Source of the DNA: Solirubrobacterales bacterium
GTDB lineage: Bacteria; Actinomycetota; Thermoleophilia; Solirubrobacterales; 70-9
Length of the DNA: 64,000 nucleotides
Assembly (NCBI GenBank): GCA_035712025.1
Contig: DASTBO010000138.1
Coordinates: forward strand, 4,935-68,934
Direction of reading: 5' to 3'
Shown here: positions 28,050 through 37,561 of the stretch, piece by piece
How positions within the stretch are numbered: position 1 is the stretch's first letter
How the letters are laid out: every line of letters begins with the position of its first letter
Notes under the pieces: generated by a model
Told to the model about the DNA's origin: nothing
The model's input: only the letters and a program-made list of their open reading frames with translations
Database searches by the model: none
Translations under genes and position numbers: made by a program

Positions 28050-29123
28050 CTAACCGAGCAGGCGCTCCTCGACGGCTTCGGCCGCCGCGGCCGCGCCGCC
28101 CGCGGCGGCGAACGCCCGCGCGACCCGCTCGGCGCCGGGGCGGCAGGCGAGGGAGGCACGCACCTTCTCCCGCAGCCGTTTCGGGTTCAGCCGCCGAGCC
28201 GGCAGCCTGATGCCGCCGCCGCATGCCTCCACCCGGCGCGCGACCTCGAACTGGTCGCGCCCGAAGGGCACCGCGACGACTGGCACCCCGAGGGCGAGCG
28301 CCTTCTGGGTAACCCCCATTCCGCCATGCGTGATCGCGCAGGCCGACCGGCGGAGGATCGGCGTGTGGGGCGCGAAGGTGAGGGCGGTGGCGTTGCCGGT
28401 GAGGCGGTGGCCGCTGGCGGCGGGCCCGGTCGCCACCACATGGAATGGCTCCCCGTCCAGCGCCTCGAGCGCCGCCGCGACGAGCCGGCCGTCGTCCTGG
28501 AACTCGGTGGAGGTCGTGACCAGCACCAGCGGGTTCTCGACCTCGGCGAACTCCACCGGCAGCTCGCCCGCCGGCTCCCAGCAGCAGGGACCGACCATGA
28601 CGACGTTCGGCGGCCGGTCCCGGCGCGGATACTCGAAAGGCTGGGCGCTCATGTAGACCTGTAGCGGGGCCGCGGAGAGCGCCCTGCCGACGCCGAGGAG
28701 CTGGAGGGCGATGCGGGAAGGCGGCAGGGGAAAGGGGCGATAGCAGCACCACGGTCGCTCCTGGCTCATCGCAGCCGACAGCGCGCCCGCAGCGAGGACG
28801 TCGACGATCAGCGCGTCGGGGCGGGTGGCCGCGACGGCACGGGAGAGGTCGCGGTAACCCTGGTGGGCCCGGGCGCGAATCCTCCGCATCGCCCGCAGCT
28901 GCGCCCCGGTCGCGGTCCGCGCTCGCCAGTCATCCATCGCCAGGCCTTCGATCTCCGATGAGATCGGCGCAGCGTCGAAGCCGAGCGAGCGCATCGCTTC
29001 TACTTCCCGCGTGAGCGTTCGCAGGACCACCTCGTGACCACGGCGGAGCAGCTCCTCGAGCACTGGGACCAGTGGGTAGAGCTCCCCCTGGGAAGGGGCG
29101 GTATAGGCGAGAATCCGGCTCAG
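28050..29123 (-). CDS. GT1-family (MGT/UDP-glycosyltransferase-like) glycosyltransferase, probable CTG start
   Basis: C-terminal THGGMGVTQKALALGVPVVAVPFGRDQ donor motif. The conserved N-terminus RILAYTAPSQGELYPLVP has no ATG/GTG/TTG before it except far upstream inside tetR. CTG at 29123 overlaps the tetR TGA and lies 8 nt after GGAG. Confidence 0.7.
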   Translation of the reverse strand: MSRILAYTAPSQGELYPLVPVLEELLRRGHEVVLRTLTREVEAMRSLGFDAAPISSEIEGLAMDDWRARTATGAQLRAMRRIRARAHQGYRDLSRAVAATRPDALIVDVLAAGALSAAMSQERPWCCYRPFPLPPSRIALQLLGVGRALSAAPLQVYMSAQPFEYPRRDRPPNVVMVGPCCWEPAGELPVEFAEVENPLVLVTTSTEFQDDGRLVAAALEALDGEPFHVVATGPAASGHRLTGNATALTFAPHTPILRRSACAITHGGMGVTQKALALGVPVVAVPFGRDQFEVARRVEACGGGIRLPARRLNPKRLREKVRASLACRPGAERVARAFAAAGGAAAAAEAVEERLLG

Positions 29124-29728
29124 CGGGGCGGCTCCATCAGGGGTTCCAGCATCTCCCGCATCGCCAGCTTGGTCTGCGGCCGGCTCAATCCCCGGTCCCG
29201 GCGCAGCAGCTTCCAGGTGTAGATGTCGGTGGCGGTCACGAACTGCGCGAGTCGGCGCTCGTGGGCCTTGCCCCGCAGGTCCGCGAGCGCCGGGGCGAAC
29301 GCCTGTCGGCACCACTGCAGGTGGTAGAGGCGGCCGAGGTCGGCGAGGTTCTTCAGCACCGGCTCGCGCTCCTCTTGGGCGAGCATCCAGAGGATCCGGT
29401 CGCCGAAGCGCTCGTAGTGGTCGGCGAGGTCTTCGACGACCGCCTTCGGGCTCCCGACCGGGAGCGGCCCGCGATCGGCACCCATCCTTTCCGCGGTGTG
29501 CAGATAGGAGGCGGTGAAGAGGCTCTCCTTGCTGTCGAAGTGGCGGAGCACCGTCTGCACAGAGATGCCGGCCCGCTCGGCGATGGCCGCCAGGGTCATT
29601 TCGTCATAGAACAGCTCCTGAAAGGCGTCCTCCACCGCCTCGAGGATCTTCAGTCGCGTGGCCTCGGTTGCCTTGGCGCGGGCGCCCATCCGGTACCGCC
29701 GTTTCGCCTTCGCGTTACCGGCGCTCAT
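29120..29728 (-). CDS. TetR-family transcriptional regulator
   Basis: 202 aa; HTH ..MTLAAIAERAGISVQTVLRHFDSKE... Confidence 0.9.
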   Translation of the reverse strand: MSAGNAKAKRRYRMGARAKATEATRLKILEAVEDAFQELFYDEMTLAAIAERAGISVQTVLRHFDSKESLFTASYLHTAERMGADRGPLPVGSPKAVVEDLADHYERFGDRILWMLAQEEREPVLKNLADLGRLYHLQWCRQAFAPALADLRGKAHERRLAQFVTATDIYTWKLLRRDRGLSRPQTKLAMREMLEPLMEPPR

Positions 29729-29764
29729 CTCGAAAAGGTATCCGGACGCCCTGGAGCCGGCGCT

Positions 29765-30169
29765 CTACGGAAGCAGGTGGCGAGAGCCCCACGGGGCCAG
29801 GAGCGCGATTTTCCACGACCCTTCGACCAACCGCAGGACGAGCACCGCGGTGGTGCTCTGCGCGAAGCGTCGCTCGACCGTCTCGCCGCTGCGGATCTTC
29901 CAGCGCTGACTGGCAAGGGCCACCTCACCGGCGTCGATCGTGCTGGTCAGCTCGACCTCGATTGCGGTGCGGCGGTCGATCATCTGGGCGAGCACGGCCC
30001 GAATCGCCCCGCGTCCGTGGATGGCCGTCCCATCCGGAGTGACCATGCAGCCGTCTCGGGCCAAGCAGGCGGAGGCCAGCTCGAGGTCGCCGGTGCCGAT
30101 TGCGCCGGTGAACGCAAAGCAGGAGTGGGTCGGGTTGGGAGGAGCGGGAGTTGCGTTCTGCAATTTCAC
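29765..30169 (-). CDS. SnoaL/NTF2-like (DUF4440-type) small protein
   Basis: Track ORF starts at TTG 30205. GTG 30169 or TTG 30163 is preferred because the AT-rich operator/-10-like sequence lies at 30163-30191. Core ..GDLELASACLARDGCMV..GSWKIALL.. Confidence 0.6.
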   Translation of the reverse strand: MKLQNATPAPPNPTHSCFAFTGAIGTGDLELASACLARDGCMVTPDGTAIHGRGAIRAVLAQMIDRRTAIEVELTSTIDAGEVALASQRWKIRSGETVERRFAQSTTAVLVLRLVEGSWKIALLAPWGSRHLLP

Positions 30170-30191
30170 GTTAGTAAGATTAACGTGAAAT
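30163..30191. promoter_or_regulatory. candidate TetR operator (11-bp perfect inverted repeat, 7-nt spacer)
   Basis: ATTTCACGTTA-gtaagat-TAACGTGAAAT in the divergent region between the SnoaL-tetR-GT operon and gene 30232; strikingly AT-rich for this genome. Confidence 0.55.
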
Positions 30192-30231
30192 AGCGGCGCC
30201 GGCAAGCGGGCCGTGAGGGGAGGAGGTCAGG

Positions 30232-31020
30232 ATGAGAAGAGGAGTGGTAAGCGTGGTTGCGGCGTTGTTGTCGGTCGGGGTCGTGTCGATCGGGATTGCC
30301 TTCGCGAAGGGAAAGGACCCGAAGCCGACCATCGTCCGCGCCGGGAATCTCGAACTGGAGATAAACGGGGACATCACCCCTCGGGCCCTGCCAAGGCACG
30401 AACTTGCTCCGATGGGCATCTGGGGCAGCGGCAGGCTCGGGACCCTGGACGGCTCGCATCCCCCCGCCCTCGAAGAAGCCGTCTTCGACGCGGACAAAGA
30501 CGCCTTCGTCAGCGTCAGGGGCCTTCCCGTCTGCCGCCTCGGTCAGCTCGAGGCCCGGGCGACGAAGGCGGCCGAATCGGCCTGCGGAAGCTCCGTCTTG
30601 GGCCGAGGCAGCGCCAGCGTCGAGGTCGCCTTCCCGGAACAGAAGCCGATCGAGTCGACCGGTCCGCTGGTTCTCTTCAACGGCGGCGAACGCAACGGCG
30701 TGGTGACGGTGTTCGCCCACGCCTACGTGAACGTTCCCGCTCCGACCGCCGTCGTCTCCACGGTCGAGATCAGGCGTGTGAGCAAGGGCTCGCTCGGTCT
30801 TCATTTGGTGGTGCGGATACCGAAGATCGCCGGCGGTGCGGGATCTCCCGTCGCCGCGAGGTTCAGCATGCGACGCGAATACGCCTACAAAGGAAAGCGC
30901 CTGAGCGTGCTTTCCGGTCGCTGCCCGGACGGGCGGATGCTCGGCCGGGGCACCTTCACCTACAGCGACGGCACGTCCCTGTCTGGCGCCATCCTCCGTC
31001 CCTGTACCGCCAGGGATTGA
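30232..31020 (+). CDS. secreted hypothetical protein
   Basis: 262 aa; RBS GGGGAGGAGG; signal peptide VVSVVAALLSVGVVSIGIAFA; no family recognised. Confidence 0.65.
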   Translation: MRRGVVSVVAALLSVGVVSIGIAFAKGKDPKPTIVRAGNLELEINGDITPRALPRHELAPMGIWGSGRLGTLDGSHPPALEEAVFDADKDAFVSVRGLPVCRLGQLEARATKAAESACGSSVLGRGSASVEVAFPEQKPIESTGPLVLFNGGERNGVVTVFAHAYVNVPAPTAVVSTVEIRRVSKGSLGLHLVVRIPKIAGGAGSPVAARFSMRREYAYKGKRLSVLSGRCPDGRMLGRGTFTYSDGTSLSGAILRPCTARD

Positions 31021-31055
31021 CTCGGCCGGCTTGTCGTCGAGCGGCTCGCGGGAGC

Positions 31056-31628
31056 CTAGGCCGCGACGGCCAGGCTTTCGTGCAGCTGCTCGACTTCTGA
31101 GACGAGCGTCGCCAGGATCTCCTCCAGTTGCTGGGACTGCTCGGGGGAGAGGGCGAGGCGGCCGTCGCGGTAGAGCTCGGCGGCGCGGGCGACCGGCAGT
31201 TCGGCCTCGAGCACGCGGCCGCCGAGGGCGCCGAGGACTTTGCGGGTCTCGGCCTGGGCCCAGACGGCGCCAAACATCCCGGTCGAGGCGCCGATCACCG
31301 CCGCCGGGGTGCCGTTCAGGGCGCTCTGGCCGGCCGGGCGGGAGGCCCAGTCGAGGGCGTTCTTCAGGACTCCGGGGATCGAGTGGTTGTACTCCGGCGT
31401 GGCGACGAGGACCGCGTCGGCCTCGCGCATCGCCCGGCGCAGCTCGGCAACGGACGCCGGCGTCCCGTGCTCCTCGAGGTCGGCGTCGTAGGGCGGGATC
31501 TCGCCGAGCCGGTCGAACTCGACCAGCTCCACCCCGGCGGGAAGCCGCTCGGCGGCCTCCCGGAGCAGGGCGTGGTTGTACGAGCCCCGGCGCAGGCTTC
31601 CGGCGATGCCCAGGACCCTCATCGTCAT
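31056..31628 (-). CDS. NADPH-dependent FMN reductase
   Basis: 190 aa; MRVLGIAGSLRRGSYN..ATPEYNHSIPGVLKNALDW typical motifs; ATGA overlap with yceI-like stop. Confidence 0.85.
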   Translation of the reverse strand: MTMRVLGIAGSLRRGSYNHALLREAAERLPAGVELVEFDRLGEIPPYDADLEEHGTPASVAELRRAMREADAVLVATPEYNHSIPGVLKNALDWASRPAGQSALNGTPAAVIGASTGMFGAVWAQAETRKVLGALGGRVLEAELPVARAAELYRDGRLALSPEQSQQLEEILATLVSEVEQLHESLAVAA

Positions 31629-32179
31629 GCCTCCTCGCGGACGAGCTCCAGCTCGACCGAGATCGTCACCGCGTACTCGAGGACCTCGCCGCCGCTCGGC
31701 AGCTCGGCCTGCCAGTCGAGGCCGAAGTCCCGCCGGTCGACGGTCCCCTCCAGCGAGAGGCCGACCCGCTCCTTGCCGGCCAGGTCGGCGCCGAGCTGGG
31801 CGAAGCGGCCGCCGGCCTCCACCGCGCGCTTCTCGCCGCGGATCTCGAGCTCACCGGCGATCCGGGCGCTGCCGTCCTGGCCGGCGCTCAGCTCGGTCGA
31901 GGTGAAGCGCAGCTGCGGGAACCGCTGGGTGTCGAAGAACTCGGGGGAGAGGAGGTGGCCCTTAAGCATCTCCTCGTCGATGGCGATGCTCTCGACCTCG
32001 ACCGTGCCCTCCAGCCGCGGCTGCTCGCCGCCGTCGAGGCGCGCCTCGTAGCGGTCGAAACCGCTGCGGAAGGTGGTGACGCCGTTGTGGGTGACGGCAA
32101 AGCCGACCGAGGAGTGGACGGGGTCCACGACCCAGGTGCCTGCCGGAATCTCCTGCTTGCTGACGGTCTCGGTGCTCAT
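31625..32179 (-). CDS. YceI-family protein
   Basis: ATG at 32179 with RBS GGAAGGAA; WVVDPVHSSVGFAVTH.. YceI signature. Confidence 0.85.
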   Translation of the reverse strand: MSTETVSKQEIPAGTWVVDPVHSSVGFAVTHNGVTTFRSGFDRYEARLDGGEQPRLEGTVEVESIAIDEEMLKGHLLSPEFFDTQRFPQLRFTSTELSAGQDGSARIAGELEIRGEKRAVEAGGRFAQLGADLAGKERVGLSLEGTVDRRDFGLDWQAELPSGGEVLEYAVTISVELELVREEA

Positions 32180-32278
32180 TCGATGTTCCTTCCCGAAGTG
32201 GTTGATGCTCAAACAGTTGACGTAGAAACAATCTTAGCAGGAAAGCTTTGCTTGTCAACTATTGCCAGATCAACCAAC

Positions 32279-32785
32279 ATGTGGGATGATGCGGGCATGA
32301 GCGAGCAGGCGACCGCAGCCCCGGAGCGGAACGGGAAGGCGGACTTCGACCCCCACCGCGAGGCGTGGATCGCGATCGCCCAGGCCCACGCCGCGGTCAC
32401 CGGCCGCCTGCAGGAGGCGCTGACCGCCGCCGAGCTGCCGCCGCTCCCCTGGTTCGAGGTGCTGGCGACGCTCGACCGCGCGCCCGAGCAGCGACTGAAG
32501 ATGGGGGAGCTGGCCGAAGCGCTGGTCATCACCCGCGGCGGCCTGACCAAGCTCGTCGACCGGCTGATCAAGGCCGGACTGCTGGAGCGGACCTTCTGCG
32601 AGACCGATCGCCGCGTCAGCTACGCGACCCTGCTCCCCGCCGGCGTCGAGCTGCTGGGAGAGATGCGCCCGCTGGTCCGCGCCGAGCTGGCCGCCTCTTT
32701 CACCGCTCACCTCAGCGTCGCCGAAGCCGAGCAGCTGCGGGAGACGATGGAACGGATCCGCGGCTCCGCCTGCGGGACCAGCTGA
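32279..32785 (+). CDS. MarR-family transcriptional regulator
   Basis: ATG at 32279 (or 32297); wHTH ..LKMGELAEALVITRGGLTKLVDRLIKAGLLER..DRRVSY..; divergent from the yceI/FMN-reductase pair. Confidence 0.85.
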   Translation: MWDDAGMSEQATAAPERNGKADFDPHREAWIAIAQAHAAVTGRLQEALTAAELPPLPWFEVLATLDRAPEQRLKMGELAEALVITRGGLTKLVDRLIKAGLLERTFCETDRRVSYATLLPAGVELLGEMRPLVRAELAASFTAHLSVAEAEQLRETMERIRGSACGTS

Positions 32786-32813
32786 GGCGAAGCCGAAGCG
32801 CTGCCCCGCTCGC

Positions 32814-33479
32814 TTAGGCGAGCGCGGCCGAGGCCCGCTCTTTGGCGGACTCGACGATCGCCAGCACGGCCTGCTCCTGGCCTTCGCGCAGCAGCACGAT
32901 CGGGTCGGGGTCGCCGTTGACGATCCCCTCGAAGAACTCCTTGCGGTCCTGGTAGGTCGGCAGCGTCCCCTTCGCCCAGCCGCGGGCGTCGTTGAGGATC
33001 ACCGCCAGGCGCGCGTACTCCTCGCCGAAGAGCGCGGAGATCTCGCGCTTCATCCGCTTCGCCAGCGCCGGCGAGGCGCCGGCGGTCGAGATCGCGATCG
33101 CCAGCGGCCCGGTGCGGACGATCGCCGGCAGGATGAAGTTGCAGAGCGGCGGCACGTCGACGATGTTGACCAGCATCGCCCGCTGCTCGGCGTCGTCGAA
33201 GATGCCGATGTTGACCTCCGAGTCGTCGGTGCAGGCGATCACCATGAAGACGCCCTCGAGGTCCTCGGGCCCGGCGTAGGCCCGCTTCTCCCAGGCGATC
33301 GAGCCCTCGCCCGCCAGCCGCTCCAGCTCGGGATGGGCGGCCGGGGCGATCAGGGTGACGTCGCCCCCGCAGGCCAGGAGGCCCTCGACCTTCTCGAGGC
33401 CGATGTCGCCGGCGCCGACGACCAGGCACCTGCGCCCGGTCAGTTTCAGGCAGGCGATGTAGAAGGGGGTCTCGAGCAT
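32814..33479 (-). CDS. precorrin-2 dehydrogenase / sirohydrochlorin ferrochelatase (SirC/CysG N-domain-like)
   Basis: ATG at 33479 (an alternative ATG at 33560 adds a Cys-rich 27 aa); [19 protein letters not shown] Rossmann motif; ..[21 protein letters not shown].. Confidence 0.8.
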   Translation of the reverse strand: MLETPFYIACLKLTGRRCLVVGAGDIGLEKVEGLLACGGDVTLIAPAAHPELERLAGEGSIAWEKRAYAGPEDLEGVFMVIACTDDSEVNIGIFDDAEQRAMLVNIVDVPPLCNFILPAIVRTGPLAIAISTAGASPALAKRMKREISALFGEEYARLAVILNDARGWAKGTLPTYQDRKEFFEGIVNGDPDPIVLLREGQEQAVLAIVESAKERASAALA

Positions 33480-33586
33480 GTCCCGCACGCAGGACTGGTC
33501 GCAGATCCCCTTGCGGTACTGGCAGACGCACTCCTTGCCGGCATAGGCCTGGGCGGGCATGGGGGGAAGGCTAGCGATCCCAGGTC

Positions 33587-33629
33587 GACGGGCCGAAAAC
33601 CGCTCTGCCTGAGCGGAAATCGTCCCGTC
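33587..33629. repeat. 43-nt palindromic repeat, copy 2 (intergenic, 5 nt downstream of epimerase stop)
   Basis: GACGGGCCGAAAACCGCTCTGCCTGAGCGGAAATCGTCCCGTC; folds as 6 bp + 3 bp + AAA/AAA internal loop + 6 bp + 5-nt loop. Confidence 0.85.
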
Positions 33630-33634
33630 GGCGG

Positions 33635-34567
33635 TCAGATCGAGTCCAGCGTGACCCGCAGGCCCTCGTCGAGGTCCATCTCGGCGCGCCAGCCGAGCTC
33701 GCGCTCGGCGCGGGTGGTGTCGATCGAGATCGCCTGGACCTCGCCGGTGCGGGGCGGCGCGAGCTGGGCCTCGAAGTCGTCGCGGCCGCTGATCCCGCGC
33801 AGGGCCTCGACCAGCTCCAGCACGTTGGTCTCCTTGCCGGTGCCGATGTTGATCGCCCCGGTGGCCGCGGAGTCGCCGGCGGCGAGCGCGGCGGAGACCA
33901 CGTCGCCGACATATATGTAGTCGCGGGTCTGGGTGCCGTCGCCGTAGACCGTCGGCTGACCGCCCTCCTTGATCAGGCCGCAGAAGATCGCGATCACCCC
34001 CGCCTCGCCGAGCGGGTCCTGGCGCGGGCCGTAGACGTTGCCCAGCCGCAGCGAGACCCCCGAGAGCCCGTAGAGGCGCTCGTAGAGGGAGAGGTAGCCC
34101 TCGGCGGCGAACTTGCTCTGGCCGTAGGCGGAGAGCGGCGCGATCGGGGCGTCCTCGGGCAGCGGCAGCTGCTGGCCCTCGCCCTCGCCGTAGATCGCCC
34201 CACCGGTGGAGATCGAGACCACCCGCCCGCACTCCGAGGCGCGCGCCGCCTCGAGCACGTTGGCGGTGCCGCCGACGTTGACGCCGGCGTCGAAGAAGGG
34301 GTCGGCGAGGGACTTGCGGACGTCGATCTGGGCGGCGAGGTGGAAGATCGCCTGCGGCCGCTTCTCGCCGGCCAGGCGGCTCAGCGCCTCGCCGTCGCGG
34401 ATGTCCAGCTCGACCAGCTCGGCGCCGGCGGCGAGGCCCGGCTCGAGGTTGGCCCGGCGGCCGGTGGTGAGGTTGTCGACCACCGTCACCTCGTCGCCGC
34501 GCGCGAGCAGGGCGTCGACCAAGTTCGAGCCGATGAACCCCGCGCCGCCAGTGACGAGACACCTCAT
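33635..34567 (-). CDS. NAD-dependent epimerase/dehydratase (GalE-like)
   Basis: 310 aa; [16 protein letters not shown] catalytic motif. Confidence 0.9.
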   Translation of the reverse strand: MRCLVTGGAGFIGSNLVDALLARGDEVTVVDNLTTGRRANLEPGLAAGAELVELDIRDGEALSRLAGEKRPQAIFHLAAQIDVRKSLADPFFDAGVNVGGTANVLEAARASECGRVVSISTGGAIYGEGEGQQLPLPEDAPIAPLSAYGQSKFAAEGYLSLYERLYGLSGVSLRLGNVYGPRQDPLGEAGVIAIFCGLIKEGGQPTVYGDGTQTRDYIYVGDVVSAALAAGDSAATGAINIGTGKETNVLELVEALRGISGRDDFEAQLAPPRTGEVQAISIDTTRAERELGWRAEMDLDEGLRVTLDSI

Positions 34568-34667
34568 GAGGCGACGATCCTAAGCAGAACCCGGAGGCCG
34601 GGGGAGAAGATCGGACGAATGGATGCCGGCTTGCGCAGCCGAACGCCCCTGCTACCCTCGCCGCCCC

Positions 34668-36953
34668 ATGAGACTGATCGTCACCGAGAAGAACAACAGC
34701 GCCAAGAAGATCGCCGAAGCCCTGAGCAAGGGGTCCAACAGCGCTGACAAAACCTTCAAAGTCCCCTTCTACAGCTGGACCGACGCCGACGGCGGCGAGC
34801 ACATGACGGTCGGCCTCAAGGGCCACGTCCTCGGCCCGGCGTTCCCAGAGGGCTACTCGAACTGGCAGAAGACCGACCTGCACGACCTGATCGACGCCGA
34901 CCTGATCAAGGAGCCGACGGACAAAAACGTCGTCAAAGCGATCAAGAAACTGGCGAAAGAGGCGGACGAGCTGGTGATCGCGACCGACTTCGATCGCGAG
35001 GGCGAGCTGATCGGGCTCGAGGCCCTGGAGGAGATGCTCGACTCCAACCCGGCGCTGGGATCGCGCGAGGGCACCGCCGACGGCACCCTGAAGATCCAGC
35101 GCGCCCGCTACTCGGCGCTGACCAAAGAGGAGATCGAGGGCGCCTTCGGCAACCTCGACACCCTCTCCTATCCGCTCGCCAACGCAGGCGCCGCCCGCCA
35201 GGACATCGACCTTCTCTGGGGCGCGACCCTGACCCGCGCCGTCTCCCTCGCCAGCCGCCGCTTCGGCTCCAACTTCCTCTCCGTCGGCCGCGTCCAGAGC
35301 CCGACCCTGGGCCTGATCGTCGAGCGCGAGATGGAGCGCCGCGCCCACGTCGCGAAACCGTTCTGGGAACTGTTCGCCAAGTTCCAGCACCCCGACGGCA
35401 GCTTCGAGACCCACCACACGGTGGACAAATTCTGGGAGAAGGCGGAGGCCGACGCGGCGCTCGCCGGCACCTCCAACCCCGGCACCGTGAAAGCCGTCAC
35501 GGCGCGGAAGAACACCCGCAAGCCACCGACTCCCTACAACACCACCGCCTTCAGCACCGACGCCTCCAGCCGCCTCGGGATCACCCCCGCCAGCGCGATG
35601 CGGATCGCCGAGGACCTCTACATGGACGGCTTCATCTCCTACCCGCGCACCGACAACACGGTCTACCCGACCTCGCTGCCGGTCCGCGAGCTGGTCTCCT
35701 CGCTGGTGCGGATCAAGGAGTTCTCCGCCGCCTCCGGGCTGCTGGACGGCGAGCTGACCCCGACCCGCGGCAAGAAAGAGACCACCGACCACCCGCCGAT
35801 CTACCCGACCCAGGCGGTCCACCCGGGCGCCCTCGAGGGCCCGAAGAAACGCGTCTACGAACTCGTCGTCCGCCGCTTCCTCGCCACCTTCAGCCCGCCG
35901 ATGATCACCGAGTCGACCCGGGCCGACATCGAGGCCGGCGACCAGACCTACTTTGTCCGCGGCTCGGTCGTCGTCGACCCCGGCTACGCGGGGATCTACA
36001 CCTACGCCCGCTCGGCCGACGAGGAGATCCCGAAACTGGAGGAGGGCCAGACCCTGCAGCTCGAGGGCGACCCCTGGATCGTCGACAAGGAGACCCAGCC
36101 GCCCGGCCGGATCTCGCAGGCGAAACTGATCGAGATGATGGAGGAGCGCGGCCTCGGCACCAAAGCCACCCGCGCCGACATCATCCAGAAGCTCTTCGAC
36201 CGCGGCTACGTCTACGGCAACCCGCCGATCCCGACCGAGACCGGGATCGCCCTCTACGAGGCGTTCAAGAACTACGTGCCGGCGATGGCGACGCCGGAGA
36301 TGACGGCCACGCTCGAGGCCGAGATGGACCGCATCGCCGCCGGCGAGATGACCAAGGGCGCCGTCGTCGGCGAGAGCCGCAGCCTCCTGCACAAGACCTG
36401 GGACGAAATCGACTCCAGCCGCGAAGACCTGGCGAAAGTGATCTGGAAAGGGATGGACGAGGACCGCATCCTCGGCCCCTGCAAGGTCTGCGAAGAAGCC
36501 GGCCGCACCAAGGAGGACGGCTCGCCGAACATGCTGCGGATCATCCGCGCGAAAAAATCGGGCAAACGGTTCGTCGGCTGCAGCGGCTGGGTCCTCGACG
36601 ATCCCGACTCCTGCGACCAGACCTTCCCGCTGCCCCAGCGCGGCGACGTCTTCCGGCTCGAGGAGCGCTGCTCGATCTGCGACCGCACCCCGCGGCTCAA
36701 AGTGCAGCCGTTCCGCGGCCGGCCCTGGAACCTCTGCCTCAACGACGACTGCGAGTCGATGCAGGAGATGAAGAAACGCCGGGCCGAGCGCGAAGCCGCG
36801 AAAGCGGCGAAAGCGGCGATGGAGAAGAAGGCGCCGCCGAAAGGCGACGAGGACGCCACGCCGGCGAAGGCCAAGAAAGCGAAAGTCAAAGCGTCGAAAG
36901 CGGACACGGCGACGCGCGGGCGCAAACGCGCCAAAGCCGGCGCCAAAGGCTGA
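34668..36953 (+). CDS. topA: type IA DNA topoisomerase (in the topA synteny slot; archaeal/TopoIII-like motifs)
   Basis: ATG at 34668; [34 protein letters not shown], active-site [10 protein letters not shown], two C-terminal Cys4 ribbons, Lys/Ala-rich tail; followed by tmk and holB. Confidence 0.88.
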   Translation: MRLIVTEKNNSAKKIAEALSKGSNSADKTFKVPFYSWTDADGGEHMTVGLKGHVLGPAFPEGYSNWQKTDLHDLIDADLIKEPTDKNVVKAIKKLAKEADELVIATDFDREGELIGLEALEEMLDSNPALGSREGTADGTLKIQRARYSALTKEEIEGAFGNLDTLSYPLANAGAARQDIDLLWGATLTRAVSLASRRFGSNFLSVGRVQSPTLGLIVEREMERRAHVAKPFWELFAKFQHPDGSFETHHTVDKFWEKAEADAALAGTSNPGTVKAVTARKNTRKPPTPYNTTAFSTDASSRLGITPASAMRIAEDLYMDGFISYPRTDNTVYPTSLPVRELVSSLVRIKEFSAASGLLDGELTPTRGKKETTDHPPIYPTQAVHPGALEGPKKRVYELVVRRFLATFSPPMITESTRADIEAGDQTYFVRGSVVVDPGYAGIYTYARSADEEIPKLEEGQTLQLEGDPWIVDKETQPPGRISQAKLIEMMEERGLGTKATRADIIQKLFDRGYVYGNPPIPTETGIALYEAFKNYVPAMATPEMTATLEAEMDRIAAGEMTKGAVVGESRSLLHKTWDEIDSSREDLAKVIWKGMDEDRILGPCKVCEEAGRTKEDGSPNMLRIIRAKKSGKRFVGCSGWVLDDPDSCDQTFPLPQRGDVFRLEERCSICDRTPRLKVQPFRGRPWNLCLNDDCESMQEMKKRRAEREAAKAAKAAMEKKAPPKGDEDATPAKAKKAKVKASKADTATRGRKRAKAGAKG

Positions 36954-36964
36954 GGCCCCCGACG

Positions 36965-37561
36965 TTGTTCATCTCGCTCGAGGGCGTCGACGGCTCGGGC
37001 AAGAGCACCCAGGCGCGCCTGCTGGTCGAGGCGCTGGGGACCGACACGGTCGCGATCCGCGAGCCGGGGGGGACCGAGGCGGCGGAGCGGATCCGCGAGC
37101 TGCTCGCCGACCCGGGAGTCGCGCTGGAGCCGCTGGCCGAGCTGATGCTCTTCCTCGCCGCCCGGGCCGAGGTCACCGCGCGGGTGATCCGGCCGGCGCT
37201 GGAGGCGGGGCGGCACGTCGTCGCCGACCGCTTCTCGGACTCCAGCATCGCCTACCAGGGCGCCGCCCGCGGCCTCGGCGTCGGCGAGGTGATCGGCCTC
37301 TGCGAGACGGCGACCGACGGCCTCTGGCCCGACCTCACCCTGCTGCTGCGGATCGAGCCCGAGGCCGGCCTCGGGCGCGCGGCGGGCGACGACCGCTTCG
37401 AGCAGGAGGGCCTGACCCTCCAGCAGGAGGTCGCGACCGCCTACGAGGAGATCGCGATCATCGCCTCCGACCGGGTCGTCGTCGTCGACGCGACCGGGAG
37501 CGTCGAGGAGGTTCACGCCCGGGTCATGGAGGCGGTGAATGAGCACCTCGCCGCTGCTTGA
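36965..37561 (+). CDS. tmk: dTMP kinase
   Basis: 198 aa, TTG start; [16 protein letters not shown]-loop. Confidence 0.9.
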   Translation: MFISLEGVDGSGKSTQARLLVEALGTDTVAIREPGGTEAAERIRELLADPGVALEPLAELMLFLAARAEVTARVIRPALEAGRHVVADRFSDSSIAYQGAARGLGVGEVIGLCETATDGLWPDLTLLLRIEPEAGLGRAAGDDRFEQEGLTLQQEVATAYEEIAIIASDRVVVVDATGSVEEVHARVMEAVNEHLAAA

